Shown: piece after piece, positions 32,930 to 47,318 of the stretch
Layout: every line of letters begins with the position of its first letter
Position numbering within the stretch: the stretch's first letter is position 1
Origin: Candidatus Limnocylindrus sp.
GTDB lineage: Bacteria; Chloroflexota; Limnocylindria; Limnocylindrales; Limnocylindraceae
Reading direction: 5' to 3'
Assembly (NCBI GenBank): GCA_040397175.1
Contig: JBBAWM010000002.1
Location: 190,482-254,481, forward strand
Length of the DNA stretch: 64,000 nucleotides
The notes under the pieces: generated by a model
What the model saw: the letters and a program-made list of their open reading frames with translations, nothing else
Database searches by the model: none
Told to the model about the DNA's origin: nothing
Position numbers and translations under genes: made by a program

Positions 32930-34173
32930 TCGGCGGTACCCCTTCGCTGCGCTACAAGGATGGCGGCACAGCGAATCGCCTTGCCGGCACCCTCGTCGCC
33001 AACCAGATTACCGCTCGACGCCTTGGCGCTAACGCGGTCAGCCGGAATGCCAAGCAGACTGGCCACATTCGCGCCAATCTCGTCGAGATGCGGGGCAAGC
33101 TTCGGCGCGCTGGCGGTGATCAGCAGATCGACCCAGAGCGGCTGCACGCCGACCGCAGCGGCGCGTTGGACGCTTTCGGCGAGCAAGGTGCCACTCGCGA
33201 CCCCCTTTGGTGTCGCCTCCGTTGCGGGGAAGAGTCGGCCCAAGTCACCAAGCCCCGCGGCGCCGATCAGGGCATCCGCCACCGCATGGAGGACGACGTC
33301 GCCATCAGAGTGCCCGATCAACGCTGGGCTCTCCGAGAAGGGGCGCCCACCGAGGTGCAACGTGCCGCTGGTGCCGACTGGGTGCGCATCGTCGCCCCAC
33401 CCAACGCGAATCCGACTCCCAGGGAGCGACGCAAGGATTTCGCTGAACGAGACCGTGGGATCTGAGGGTCGCAGCATTGCCCCAACAGAGAGAAGGTCAT
33501 CGGGCTCCGTCAGCTTGCGCAACCGTGCCGAACCTTGCACCAGCTCAACGGCAACGCCGATTGATTCAAGGATGCTTGTATCGTCGGTCGCGGCTGTATC
33601 GCTCGCAAGGGCTGCCGCGAATGCGGCTACATGCTGTGCGGCAATCCCTTGCGGAGTTTGCGCCGAGACAACGCCTGCTCGATCAACACTCCCCGAGCTA
33701 TGTGCGGTGGCCGCACCCATGGAATTTGGCGCGATGCGCTTCAGCGTGTCGGCGATCGGCATGAACGGCGCCGCGGCACCGTGTAACTCCGCAGCAGCCA
33801 CAACGCGGAGCGTTACATCGGAATCAACCCCGGGGCGCGCAGCATCGTGAATCAGGAGCACGTCGCTCGCTTGGCCTGGGGCGCGCTCCAGCGCGTGCAG
33901 GCCAGCAGCAACCGATGCGGATCGTGTTTCGCCGCCGGGAACCACGGCAACGACAGCAGCAGGGATCCACGGCAGTGCGGCGTAGGTGGCAACACGATCT
34001 TGTGCCGTCACCACAACGATGCGCCGAACCCCAGCGGTTGCTGCGAATGACTCGAGCGACCAGCGCAGCACCGGCTTCCCTGCAATGGGGATGAGTGACT
34101 TGTCGACCCCGCCCATACGGAGACCAGAGCCTGCCGCAACCACGATGACGTCAAACGTTGAGGCGCTACTCAC
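32926..34173 (-). CDS. ispDF: bifunctional IspD/IspF (MEP pathway)
   Basis: N-terminal AAGSGLRMG..K, IHDAARP, QTPQ; C-terminal GHSDGDVVLHAVADALIGA. Confidence 0.92.
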   Translation of the reverse strand: MSSASTFDVIVVAAGSGLRMGGVDKSLIPIAGKPVLRWSLESFAATAGVRRIVVVTAQDRVATYAALPWIPAAVVAVVPGGETRSASVAAGLHALERAPGQASDVLLIHDAARPGVDSDVTLRVVAAAELHGAAAPFMPIADTLKRIAPNSMGAATAHSSGSVDRAGVVSAQTPQGIAAQHVAAFAAALASDTAATDDTSILESIGVAVELVQGSARLRKLTEPDDLLSVGAMLRPSDPTVSFSEILASLPGSRIRVGWGDDAHPVGTSGTLHLGGRPFSESPALIGHSDGDVVLHAVADALIGAAGLGDLGRLFPATEATPKGVASGTLLAESVQRAAAVGVQPLWVDLLITASAPKLAPHLDEIGANVASLLGIPADRVSAKASSGNLVGDEGAGKAIRCAAILVAQRRGTAE

Positions 34174-35560
34174 CGAGCGCCTCGGTGATCGCTTCGCGTA
34201 GGGTGCGCACGGCAATGACCTTCATCCCTTCGGGCGTGGGTTCGCTCGCGGCGCCACGTCGCGGGGCAGGCACAATCGCCGTTATAAACCCGTGACGCGC
34301 CGCTTCACGTAGGCGGCGAGCGAGCCCGGAGACGGGGCGGAGCTCACCGAGGAGTCCAACCTCACCAACAGCGACGAGCGCACGATTGATGGGCCGGTCG
34401 CTCTGTGACGAGGCAAGAGCGAGCGCCAGTGGAAGATCGAGTGCGGGCTCATCGAGCACGATGCCGCCAACCAAGTTGGCGTAGATGTCGCGGTCGCTCA
34501 ACGCAATGCCGGCACGACGTGCGAGCACCGCAGCCAAGAGCGAGAGACGTGCGGTGTCGAGCCCACGTCCAGTGCGGCGTGGTGTGCCGTAGGCCGTGCC
34601 CGCAACGAGTGCCTGCACCTCAACCAACATGGGGCGGCTCCCCTCGAGCAGTGGGGCAACCACGGCGCCAGGGGCGCGCTCATCACGATCATCAATAAAG
34701 GCGCGCCCTGGGTCGTCAATTCCGGCGAGGCCACTCTCCCCCATCTCGAGGAGTCCGAGTTCATCGGTGGAGCCGAAGCGATTCTTCGCGGCGCGCAAAG
34801 TGCGCAGGGTGCCGTGGCGGTCGCCATCCAACATGATCACCGCGTCAACGAGATGCTCCAGCGTCTTTGGCCCGGCGATGCTCCCCTCTTTGGTGACATG
34901 GCCAACCAGGATCACCGCTGCTCCCGTTGCACGCGCAACACCTGCGAGCCACTCCGCGCTACCGCGTACCTGACCGACGCTGCCTGCTGGCCCCTCGAGC
35001 TCGGCGAGCGTTGCGGTTTGAATGGAGTCAACGATCAACAGCGTCGGGCGGTCACGATGTGCCGCTTCGGCAATGGCGCCCACTTCACTCTCGGCAAGGA
35101 TCTCTACGGTGTCGGCTGCGACGGTCGCCATGAGGCCAAGCCGCTCGGCGCGATCGGCAATCTGCGCCGCCGACTCTTCACCGGATGCGTACAGGACGCG
35201 TCCGCCGGCGAGCGCGATCCCCGCCGCAGCTTGCAGTAGCAGCGTGCTCTTTCCGATCCCAGGTTCGCCGCCAAGCAAGATGATGGAGCCAGGTACCGCA
35301 CCTCCGCCAAGAACGCGATCAAGCTCAGGAACGCCGAGTGGCAGGCGCGGTGCGCGGTCGGCGCTTGCCGCCCGAAGCGGCTGTGGCTGTGCTGGAGCGG
35401 CGGCAGTTCGTCCCCCAGCGGCGCGAGCGCGCACCGACGGTCTCTCTCGCACCGTCTCCACGAGCGAGTTCCAGGAGCCGCAACTGCGGCAAGGATTCTC
35501 GAGGGCGGGCGCCTCAAAAGCGCAGGTTTGACAGAGCCAGACGCTCTTACTCTTCGCCAT
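34166..35560 (-). CDS. radA: DNA repair protein RadA/Sms
   Basis: Zn finger, GGEPGIGKSTL, KNRFG. Confidence 0.97.
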   Translation of the reverse strand: MAKSKSVWLCQTCAFEAPALENPCRSCGSWNSLVETVRERPSVRARAAGGRTAAAPAQPQPLRAASADRAPRLPLGVPELDRVLGGGAVPGSIILLGGEPGIGKSTLLLQAAAGIALAGGRVLYASGEESAAQIADRAERLGLMATVAADTVEILAESEVGAIAEAAHRDRPTLLIVDSIQTATLAELEGPAGSVGQVRGSAEWLAGVARATGAAVILVGHVTKEGSIAGPKTLEHLVDAVIMLDGDRHGTLRTLRAAKNRFGSTDELGLLEMGESGLAGIDDPGRAFIDDRDERAPGAVVAPLLEGSRPMLVEVQALVAGTAYGTPRRTGRGLDTARLSLLAAVLARRAGIALSDRDIYANLVGGIVLDEPALDLPLALALASSQSDRPINRALVAVGEVGLLGELRPVSGLARRLREAARHGFITAIVPAPRRGAASEPTPEGMKVIAVRTLREAITEALGE

Positions 35561-35572
35561 TCGGCGAACGCG

Positions 35573-38188
35573 CTAGTCGACTGCGCCGACCGGCTCAGCC
35601 GGCACAGCGGCGGGCGAAGCTACCCCCTCTTCGCGGATCATCACCGTGATCGCGCCATCGACAAGATCCACCACATACGATGCGCCAATTGGATCTGCAC
35701 CTTGGAGCAGGCGTTCGGCGAGTGGGTCCTCGATGAGCGTTTGGATGGTGCGGCGCAGCGGGCGCGCGCCGTAGGAGACGTCGTATCCAACCTTGATAAG
35801 GTGATCTTTCGCCGCGTCGGTAATGACGAGGTCGTGCCCCTGCGTGCGCAGCTGCGACACGACGCGCTTCACGAGCAGGTCGACGATGCGGCGCATCTCC
35901 TCTTGGCTGAGCGGCCGGAAGACGATGCGGGAATCGACACGGTTGAGGAACTCTGGGCGGAACGCCTTCTTCAGCTCCTCGTCGACCTTCTCGCTAATCA
36001 GCGTGTACTCGTCAGCGGCGCGTGCCGCTTCGCCCTCGCCACGCGAGCGGAAGCCGAGTGACGATGGCGTCTGAATCTGTCGAGCGCCAAGGTTTGACGT
36101 CATGATCAAAATCACGTTGCGGAAATCGACACGGCGTCCCTTCGCATCGGTGAGCTGGCCGTCTTCCAGGATCTGCAGCAAGATGTTGAAGACCTCGCTG
36201 TGCGCCTTTTCGATCTCATCGAGCAGCACCACGGAGTAGGGGCGTCGTCGAATCGCCTCGGTGAGCTGCCCGCCATCATCAAAGCCCACGTAGCCCGGAG
36301 GAGCGCCAACCAGGCGGCTGGTGTTGTGGCGCTCCATGAATTCACTCATGTCGATCTTGACGAGCGCATCTTCTGTGCCAAACATGAATTCAGCAAGCGC
36401 CTTGGCAAGCTCCGTCTTGCCTACGCCGGTAGGCCCAAGGAAGAGGAAGCTACCGATCGGGCGCTTCGGATCCTTCAGTCCCGCACGTGCGCGTCGCACG
36501 GCGCGGCTCAGCGTCGAGATCGCCTGCTCTTGTCCGACGACACGAGCGCTCAGTGTCTCCTCCATCTTGAGGAGTCGTGCAGTTTCGGCTTCGGCCAAGC
36601 GCATCACTGGGATGCCGGTCCACATGGAGACAACGGCGGCGACCTCCTCTTCGGTCACGACCGGGCGCGTATCTTCGCGCGATTCAGGCGCAGCTGGGGC
36701 GGCAATGGCAAGTGGTGCTTCGGGCGCAACGGCAGGCGCGGGGGCGGGTGCGGTCGATCCTGGTGCTGGCGGAAGGTTCAGGCTCAGGCGCCAGGCGCGA
36801 TCCAGCTCTTCAATGCGGCTCTTGAGCCCTTCGCCCTGGTTGCGCAGGGAGAGGGCGCGGTCAAAGGCACCGGCGGCCTCCGCGTCGCGCTGGTCTCGCT
36901 CGACGGCGTCCGCCTCGCGGCGGGCCGAACGCAAATCTGCAGGTGGCGATGAGTGTCGCAACATCACGCGGCTCGAAGCTTCGTCAATCACATCAATCGC
37001 CTTATCTGGCAGCTGTCGATCGCTGATGTAGCGAACGGAGAGCTCCACCGCCGAGGCGAGCGCCTCGTCAGAGATGCGAACCTTATGGTGCGCCTCATAG
37101 CGCGGGCGTAGCCCCTTGAGGATCTCGATCGTCTCATCGGCCGAAGGCTCGGCCACCAATACCTGCGCGAAGCGTCGCTCAAGCGCTGGGTCTTTCTCGA
37201 TGTGCTTGCGATACTCGTCGAGCGTGGTTGCGCCAATGCACTGGATCTCGCCGCGGGCGAGTGGCGGCTTCAAGATGTTGGCAGCATCGATCGCGCCCTC
37301 AGCAGCACCGGCGCCGACCAGCGTGTGCAGCTCATCAACGAAGAGGATCGCGTCGCGCGAGGCGCGCAGCTCTTCGAGCACCTTCTTCAGTCGCTCCTCG
37401 AACTCGCCGCGGTATTTTGTGCCGGCAACGAGTGAGCCCATATCAAGCGTCACAACGCGCTTGTCGAGCAGCGGTGCAGGAACGTCGCCCTTCACGATGC
37501 GCTGGGCGAGCCCCTCGGCGATCGCCGTCTTGCCGACGCCCGGTTCGCCAATGAGCGCTGGGTTGTTCTTGGTGCGGCGCGCCAACACCTGAATGACACG
37601 CTCAATTTCGCGCTCACGGCCGATGACCGGATCAAGGCGACCGGCGCGGGCCGCTTCGGTGAGATCGAGGCCAAGGGCGTCGAGGGTTGGAGTCTTTGAG
37701 CCGCTGCGGCGCTCGGTCGGTTGGGCGGTTGGTGTTGATGACTGGCTGAGCACGCGCACCACCTCGTGGCGCACCTTCTCGAGGCTGACGCCGAGTGATT
37801 CGAGCACGCCGGAGGCGATTCCGCCCTCTTCGCGCACGAGGCCGAGGAGGAGGTGCTCGGTGCCGATGTAGTTGTGACCCAAGCGTCGCGCCTCATCGAT
37901 GGCGAGCTCGATCACCTTCTTCGCGCGGGGTGTGAGGCCGATCTCGCCAACGACGGGGCGTTCGCCACGTCCGATGATGAACTCCACCGCCTGGCGGACC
38001 TTGGCCAGCTCGACGTTGAGGTTCTCGAGGACCTTCGCCGCAACGCCTTCGCCCTCGCGGACAAGGCCGAGCAGCAGGTGCTCTGTGCCGATGTAGTTGT
38101 GGTTGAATCGCTGCGCCTCGTCTTGGGCGAGCGTCAGCACCTTGCGGGCGCGATCCGTGAAGCGATCGAAGCGGTCAGCCGTGGCCAT
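35573..38188 (-). CDS. clpC: ATP-dependent Clp protease ATP-binding subunit ClpC
   Basis: Two Clp-N repeats ([13 protein letters not shown]), [16 protein letters not shown]. Confidence 0.95.
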   Translation of the reverse strand: MATADRFDRFTDRARKVLTLAQDEAQRFNHNYIGTEHLLLGLVREGEGVAAKVLENLNVELAKVRQAVEFIIGRGERPVVGEIGLTPRAKKVIELAIDEARRLGHNYIGTEHLLLGLVREEGGIASGVLESLGVSLEKVRHEVVRVLSQSSTPTAQPTERRSGSKTPTLDALGLDLTEAARAGRLDPVIGREREIERVIQVLARRTKNNPALIGEPGVGKTAIAEGLAQRIVKGDVPAPLLDKRVVTLDMGSLVAGTKYRGEFEERLKKVLEELRASRDAILFVDELHTLVGAGAAEGAIDAANILKPPLARGEIQCIGATTLDEYRKHIEKDPALERRFAQVLVAEPSADETIEILKGLRPRYEAHHKVRISDEALASAVELSVRYISDRQLPDKAIDVIDEASSRVMLRHSSPPADLRSARREADAVERDQRDAEAAGAFDRALSLRNQGEGLKSRIEELDRAWRLSLNLPPAPGSTAPAPAPAVAPEAPLAIAAPAAPESREDTRPVVTEEEVAAVVSMWTGIPVMRLAEAETARLLKMEETLSARVVGQEQAISTLSRAVRRARAGLKDPKRPIGSFLFLGPTGVGKTELAKALAEFMFGTEDALVKIDMSEFMERHNTSRLVGAPPGYVGFDDGGQLTEAIRRRPYSVVLLDEIEKAHSEVFNILLQILEDGQLTDAKGRRVDFRNVILIMTSNLGARQIQTPSSLGFRSRGEGEAARAADEYTLISEKVDEELKKAFRPEFLNRVDSRIVFRPLSQEEMRRIVDLLVKRVVSQLRTQGHDLVITDAAKDHLIKVGYDVSYGARPLRRTIQTLIEDPLAERLLQGADPIGASYVVDLVDGAITVMIREEGVASPAAVPAEPVGAVD

Positions 38189-38245
38189 GCGCTCCTCCGA
38201 TCCCCGCTCCCAGGCGTACGTCGCCAGGCACTTGTGCGGAGAGGA

Positions 38246-38254
38246 AGTCTACCA
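38246..38254 (-). promoter_or_regulatory. extended -10 promoter of clpC operon
   Basis: Minus strand TGgTAGACT. Confidence 0.55.
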
Positions 38255-38298
38255 CTCCGATTGGGCGCTTCACGAGGGGGCTCAACGTCCCCGCGGGA

Positions 38299-39954
38299 CT
38301 AGGCCTGATCGGCAGGGGCCTCTGGGGCGACGTCGGCGAGGGCCTCTTCAATGGCCTCCGTCGCGCTCTCACCGTCATCGGCCTTCTTTGGGGCGCGCTT
38401 CTTCTTCGTCTCGCCGTCGCTTCCGGCAGCGTCGTCGGCCGTCTCGGCGATCTTCTCGCGAATGCCGGCAAAGGCTGCCGCGAGCGTGGTGTCGATACCA
38501 CCCTCTGGCTCCTGTACGGCGTCATCCATGGAGAAGCTTCGCTCTGGTCGAGCACGACGCGTCTCACGCTTCGGCTCGGCGGCTGGCGTTTCGCGCACCG
38601 GAGCCTCTTCAGCCTGCTTGAGGCTGAGGCCGAGTCGGTGACGCTCTGAGTCGAGGCTGATCACCTTGAGCTTCAGGGTCTGCTCGTCCTTCACGACGTC
38701 GCCCGGATGGGTGACGCGATTGTGCGAGAGCTCGCTGATATGGATGAGTCCCTCGAGTCCGTCGCGCACGCGCACGAAGGCACCGAAGTTCACCAACTTG
38801 GTAATGGTTCCCTCAACGAAATCGCCAATCTTGATGTCGGCGATTGCGGCGTTCCATGGGTCTGGCTGCAACTTGCGGATGGAGAGGCTAATGCGCCCGC
38901 GCTCCGTGTTGATGTCAATAACTTCGGCGTCGACCGAATCGCCCACGTTGTAGCCCGCTTCTGGATTGGCGACCTTCGACCAGCTGATCTCACTCTTATG
39001 AATGAGCCCGTCAATGCCGCCGAGGTCAACGAAGAGTCCGAATGGGGCGATCGAGCGCACCACGCCGGCAACGCGCTGGCCAACCGAAAGGGTGCTGAAG
39101 AGTTCGTCGCGCTTACCGCGGCGCTCCTCATAGTGCGCAACCTTCTCGGAGAGGATCAGGCGGTTCCCCTTTCGGTTCACCTCCAAGATCTTCATGCGCA
39201 GCTTGCGGCCAACATACGGCTGCAGCTTCTCGGCAATCTCCTGAATGGCGTCCCGTGGCGCGTCGCCCGCTGGGCGGCGTGGGAAGTCGACGATCTGGCT
39301 GATTGGCACGAAGCCGCGAATGCCACAATCGACAATGAGTCCGCCCTTGTTGTGATCGATGACGGCGGCCTCGATGATGGTGCCGGCGTCGAGCTGCTCC
39401 TGCATCGTGCGCCACTTGCGCTCCATGCCAGCGCGGCGGATCGAGAGCACAACGTGCCCATCTTCCGACTCTGGCTGCATGACGTAAACGAGTACGGTGT
39501 CGCCAACGGTTAGGGCTGGGCCCTCTTCACCGTTGCGGCCGTGAAGTTCGCGGCTCGAAACAACACCTTCGCTCTTTGCGCCAATGTCAACGAGGACCTC
39601 GTCCTTGTCGACGCGCACCACGATGCCGTCGAGGACGTCGCCCTGCTTCAAGTTCTTAATTGGCATCCCTGCACCGGCGAGTAGCTCTTCCATGGTGGTT
39701 GGCTCAGGTCCGGTCCACGCGCGCGGCGCAGGCGCCGCGGTTGGCGTGGCAACGGGAGCCTCAGTGGCTACTGGGGCCGATTCGACAGGCGCGATATCAG
39801 CAACGTCAACCGCTGGGGTCTCCAACGCATCTGTTGCGATCACCTTGACGCTCTTCGGCTTTGCAGGGGCTTTCGCCTTGCGGACTGGAGCGACTGCTCC
39901 AGCTTCGGCACCCGCCTCTAGATCGGCGGCGCCAGGGGTCAGTTCTTCGTTCAA
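38299..39954 (-). CDS. rpsA: 30S ribosomal protein S1 (four S1 domains, long low-complexity termini)
   Basis: VLVDIGAKSEG, RGFVPISQ, DGLIHKSE, EGLIHISEL; TTG start after AAGGAG. Confidence 0.9.
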   Translation of the reverse strand: MNEELTPGAADLEAGAEAGAVAPVRKAKAPAKPKSVKVIATDALETPAVDVADIAPVESAPVATEAPVATPTAAPAPRAWTGPEPTTMEELLAGAGMPIKNLKQGDVLDGIVVRVDKDEVLVDIGAKSEGVVSSRELHGRNGEEGPALTVGDTVLVYVMQPESEDGHVVLSIRRAGMERKWRTMQEQLDAGTIIEAAVIDHNKGGLIVDCGIRGFVPISQIVDFPRRPAGDAPRDAIQEIAEKLQPYVGRKLRMKILEVNRKGNRLILSEKVAHYEERRGKRDELFSTLSVGQRVAGVVRSIAPFGLFVDLGGIDGLIHKSEISWSKVANPEAGYNVGDSVDAEVIDINTERGRISLSIRKLQPDPWNAAIADIKIGDFVEGTITKLVNFGAFVRVRDGLEGLIHISELSHNRVTHPGDVVKDEQTLKLKVISLDSERHRLGLSLKQAEEAPVRETPAAEPKRETRRARPERSFSMDDAVQEPEGGIDTTLAAAFAGIREKIAETADDAAGSDGETKKKRAPKKADDGESATEAIEEALADVAPEAPADQA

Positions 39955-40043
39955 GTTTGTAGTTCTCCTTACGACGTATTCGCGCTCACGAGGGTGCGCC
40001 ACCAGCAGATGCGGGAGGCGCAATCTCACGATCGCGTTGGGCG

Positions 40044-40052
40044 AGCCTACCA
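40044..40052 (-). promoter_or_regulatory. extended -10 promoter of rpsA
   Basis: Minus strand TGgTAGGCT. Confidence 0.5.
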
Positions 40053-40077
40053 CAGCCCCCCTGACTCGGCCCGGCGC

Positions 40078-40755
40078 TTACGGGAGCTTGAGCACCTGAC
40101 CGGTTGTGATGGCGTACGCGGGTCCCGCGATGTTATTCAGGGCTGCAATCTCTCTATATCCATCGGGACCCATGCCGAGCGAGAGCCCAATGTCATAGAG
40201 GGTGTCACCCGACCGTACGACATAGGTTTTTGGCTCGAGCGCGCTCCCTGAAGGGGCAGGCGATGTGCTCGGCGACGGGGTCGGGCTCGGCGACTCGCTG
40301 GGGCTCGCCGTTGGGGTGGCCTCGACCGATGGGGTTGGCGTGGTGTCGCTCGACGCGGTGCGCGAGCCAATGATGGAGGTTACAGCCGGGCCGACCACCG
40401 AGGCGATCGGGCCGCTGCTCACGGTAAGCACGCCGGCGAGCACAACCACAAGGAGTGCGCGGCGCCATAGGGAACTGGGGGGATCGTTCGGGAGGACCGT
40501 GCCGCACATGACGACGGCGCGGCCGACGGGTTGGCGTGGAGCCAGGCTTTCCGCTAGGGCGCCAAGCTGCGCCTCGCGCGCCTGGCGAATCTGGCAGGCG
40601 CCGCCCACGACGCATCGCTCCGCGCGCACCACCTTTGGTAGTTCAGGGCGCGCGGGCTCAGCGCCGCAGTGGCTAAGGGTGCGTGACGGTGTAAGGGTGA
40701 TTGCACCGCTTGGGTCGAGGAGCCAGGGGCAAGGGGTAGCGTTCACGGGTTCCAC
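40078..40755 (-). CDS. membrane-anchored LysM domain protein
   Basis: Cys-containing N-terminus, TM segment, Ser/Pro/Thr linker, C-terminal YVVRSGDTLYDI...GQVLKLP. Confidence 0.85.
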   Translation of the reverse strand: MEPVNATPCPWLLDPSGAITLTPSRTLSHCGAEPARPELPKVVRAERCVVGGACQIRQAREAQLGALAESLAPRQPVGRAVVMCGTVLPNDPPSSLWRRALLVVVLAGVLTVSSGPIASVVGPAVTSIIGSRTASSDTTPTPSVEATPTASPSESPSPTPSPSTSPAPSGSALEPKTYVVRSGDTLYDIGLSLGMGPDGYREIAALNNIAGPAYAITTGQVLKLP

Positions 40756-40796
40756 GTTCGCAGGATAGCCGACGAAACCCCCCAGGATGCCAAAGA

Positions 40797-40914
40797 GCCC
40801 GGCGACGTCCTATTTTGCCGAGGAGCTGCCCCCTCAGTATTTTCGGCGCTGGAGAGCTTGACTTCCGTGTTCGGGATGGGAACGGGTATGGCCTCTCCGC
40901 AAATGTCACCGGGC
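40797..40914 (-). rRNA. rrf: 5S rRNA
   Basis: CCCGTTCCCATCCCGAACACGGAAGTCAAG core; terminal helix. Confidence 0.96.
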
Positions 40915-41017
40915 TCCGCTTGGCGAAGTCCGAATCCATGACTGAAAACATCGAGAAGTTGTCTGTTTCATCGGGGGTGTATCCAAAACGACCACGGGCG
41001 CCGAAGAGGCGTCGTGG

Positions 41018-44077
<3,060 letters not shown>

Positions 44078-44297
44078 ACCAACGACGACTCTTCGCCGCT
44101 CGCGGATCGTTTCGGGATACACCTTGACAATTTCACTTGTTTCATCCGACGAAACATTTACTTTTCGATGTTCTCAGTCATGTATTCGGCTGTTAAAGGT
44201 GCGCCTTGCGGCGCTGCGGCCTTCGCCGCCCAGCTGATCGCTGGTCGCTGGCCTTCCGAGGAAGGACAGTGATCAGTGATGTGCCGGTGGTGACGGT

Positions 44298-44373
44298 TGG
44301 TGGAGACGAGGAGTCTCGAACTCCTGACCTCCTGCTTGCAAAGCAGGCGCTCTACCAACTGAGCTACGTCCCC
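44298..44373 (-). tRNA. tRNA-Ala(TGC)
   Basis: GGGGACG...TT-TGC-AA...ACCA, G3:U70. Confidence 0.97.
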
Positions 44374-44381
44374 AGTGATGA

Positions 44382-44458
44382 TGGTGGGCGTTTCTGGACT
44401 CGAACCAGAGACCTCTGCCTTATCAGGGCAGTGCTCTAACCAACTGAGCTAAACGCCC
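44382..44458 (-). tRNA. tRNA-Ile(GAT)
   Basis: GGGCGTT...CT-GAT-AA...ACCA. Confidence 0.97.
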
Positions 44459-44692
44459 CCCGTGGGACCGCTCCTGCCTACGCAGGGTTGCGGCACCGGA
44501 CAGCTAAAGAGTGGCAGGAACACGAACAACCGAGAATCCACCAGGGATTCGGTTTGCTTGTTGAGCCATGTTCGTCTCGATCTCTTGCGAGTCCGCTGAG
44601 CCCGCCCAACTTGGAGGCTCAGAACGACGACATGTTTAACCTGGGATTTCTTTTTGTGTTCGAACCACCGCTGGCTCAAACAGAAACTCCCT

Positions 44693-46193
<1,501 letters not shown>

Positions 46194-46281
46194 AACGTGT
46201 TGCCTTACGGCAGCACGTTAATTTTCCGAGGGTCTGCCCCGGCGAAAAAACGGTTGCTTTGTGTTACCTGCCACTCTTCAG

Positions 46282-46294
46282 CTGTTAAGGTGCC
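46282..46294 (-). promoter_or_regulatory. boxA-like rRNA antitermination element (second copy about 44189-44202)
   Basis: GCACCTTAACAGC before 16S and GCACCTTTAACAGC before 23S. Confidence 0.6.
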
Positions 46295-46411
46295 GCCGAC
46301 TTTCGCCGACGCGGTCGCCACGGAGACCGTGGTGACTGTAAGCGCTGCTCTGCTCCACCCGTGATCGGGGCGGACGGTCGAGGATCTCTTCCACGAGCGA
46401 CGCGAAGGGGG

Positions 46412-46441
46412 AGTCTACGCACCCTGCCGTTCCCCTGTCAA
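46412..46441 (-). promoter_or_regulatory. rRNA operon promoter
   Basis: TTGACA-18 nt-TAGACT. Confidence 0.75.
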
Positions 46442-46501
46442 ACGGGGGGCTCGTGCGGCGCCGTGAGAGGTGATTCGTGCTCACCACGCAGGGGTTGCGT
46501 G

Positions 46502-46687
46502 TTACAGCGGGCTCGACTCCACGAGGAGCAGCACGCCCGCTGCGGCGGCCAGGGAGGTGACGGCAAGGGTGGCTCCAGCGGCAGAGGGCTCCACGCTCGT
46601 GGCAACCGTGTAGATAAGGAGGGCGACGAGGCCGGCCAGGGCCACCTTCAGGAGGCGGAGGAGGAGCTCGGTGATCAGGTCGCTCAT
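46502..46687 (-). CDS. small hypothetical membrane protein (2 TM)
   Basis: 61 aa, hydrophobic, starts 4 nt after recR stop. Confidence 0.7.
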   Translation of the reverse strand: MSDLITELLLRLLKVALAGLVALLIYTVATSVEPSAAGATLAVTSLAAAAGVLLLVESSPL

Positions 46688-46691
46688 GCCC

Positions 46692-47318
46692 CTACTCTAC
46701 GCCCCGCCGCTCTTCGAGGCTGCGGAGGATTGTTACAGCATCGGCGTACTGGAGGTCTGCCCCGAAGGGGAGGCCGCGGGCCATGGAGGTAATGGAGGGG
46801 ACCTTGGCGGCCAGGCGCTCCTGGAGGTAGAGAAGTGTTACATCGCCCTCGGGGGAGGGGTTGGTGGCGATGATCACCTCGCGCACGGGGCTCCCCTCGG
46901 CGGCGGCGGCGTCGATCCGCTCGAAGAGCTCTTTCATGCGGAGCTGGCCAGGGCCGATCCCCGACATGGGTGAAAGGGCGCCGTTAAGCACGTGATAGCG
47001 ACCACGGAAGGCCCCGGTGCGCTCGATGGCGACCAGGTCGAGCGCCTCTTCGACCACGCAGAGGAGGCCCAGGTCGCGAGAGCTATCGCCGCAGATGCGG
47101 CAGCGCTCCTCATCGGAGACGTGGCCGCAGATGACGCAGGGTCGGGTGTTCGCCCGCATGGCGCTGATTGCCCCCGCAAGTGCGAGCGCCTCGGGCTCAG
47201 GCGTGCGCAGCAGGTGGAAAGCGAGCCGCTCGGCGGTGCGGGGGCCAACCCCTGGAAGTCGGGAGAGGGCCTCAATGAGCCGCTCGACGGAGCTCGGCAG
47301 CGCTGCGCCGCTGCTCAC
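46692..47318 (-). CDS. recR: recombination mediator RecR
   Basis: LPGVGPRTAERLAFHL, CxxC..CxxC, YHVLNGALSP; GTGA overlap with dnaX. Confidence 0.97.
   Translation of the reverse strand: MSSGAALPSSVERLIEALSRLPGVGPRTAERLAFHLLRTPEPEALALAGAISAMRANTRPCVICGHVSDEERCRICGDSSRDLGLLCVVEEALDLVAIERTGAFRGRYHVLNGALSPMSGIGPGQLRMKELFERIDAAAAEGSPVREVIIATNPSPEGDVTLLYLQERLAAKVPSITSMARGLPFGADLQYADAVTILRSLEERRGVE

Noticed and set aside
32926-34173. IspD-IspF fusion as a novelty
   Set aside because: Bifunctional IspDF is well known in several phyla
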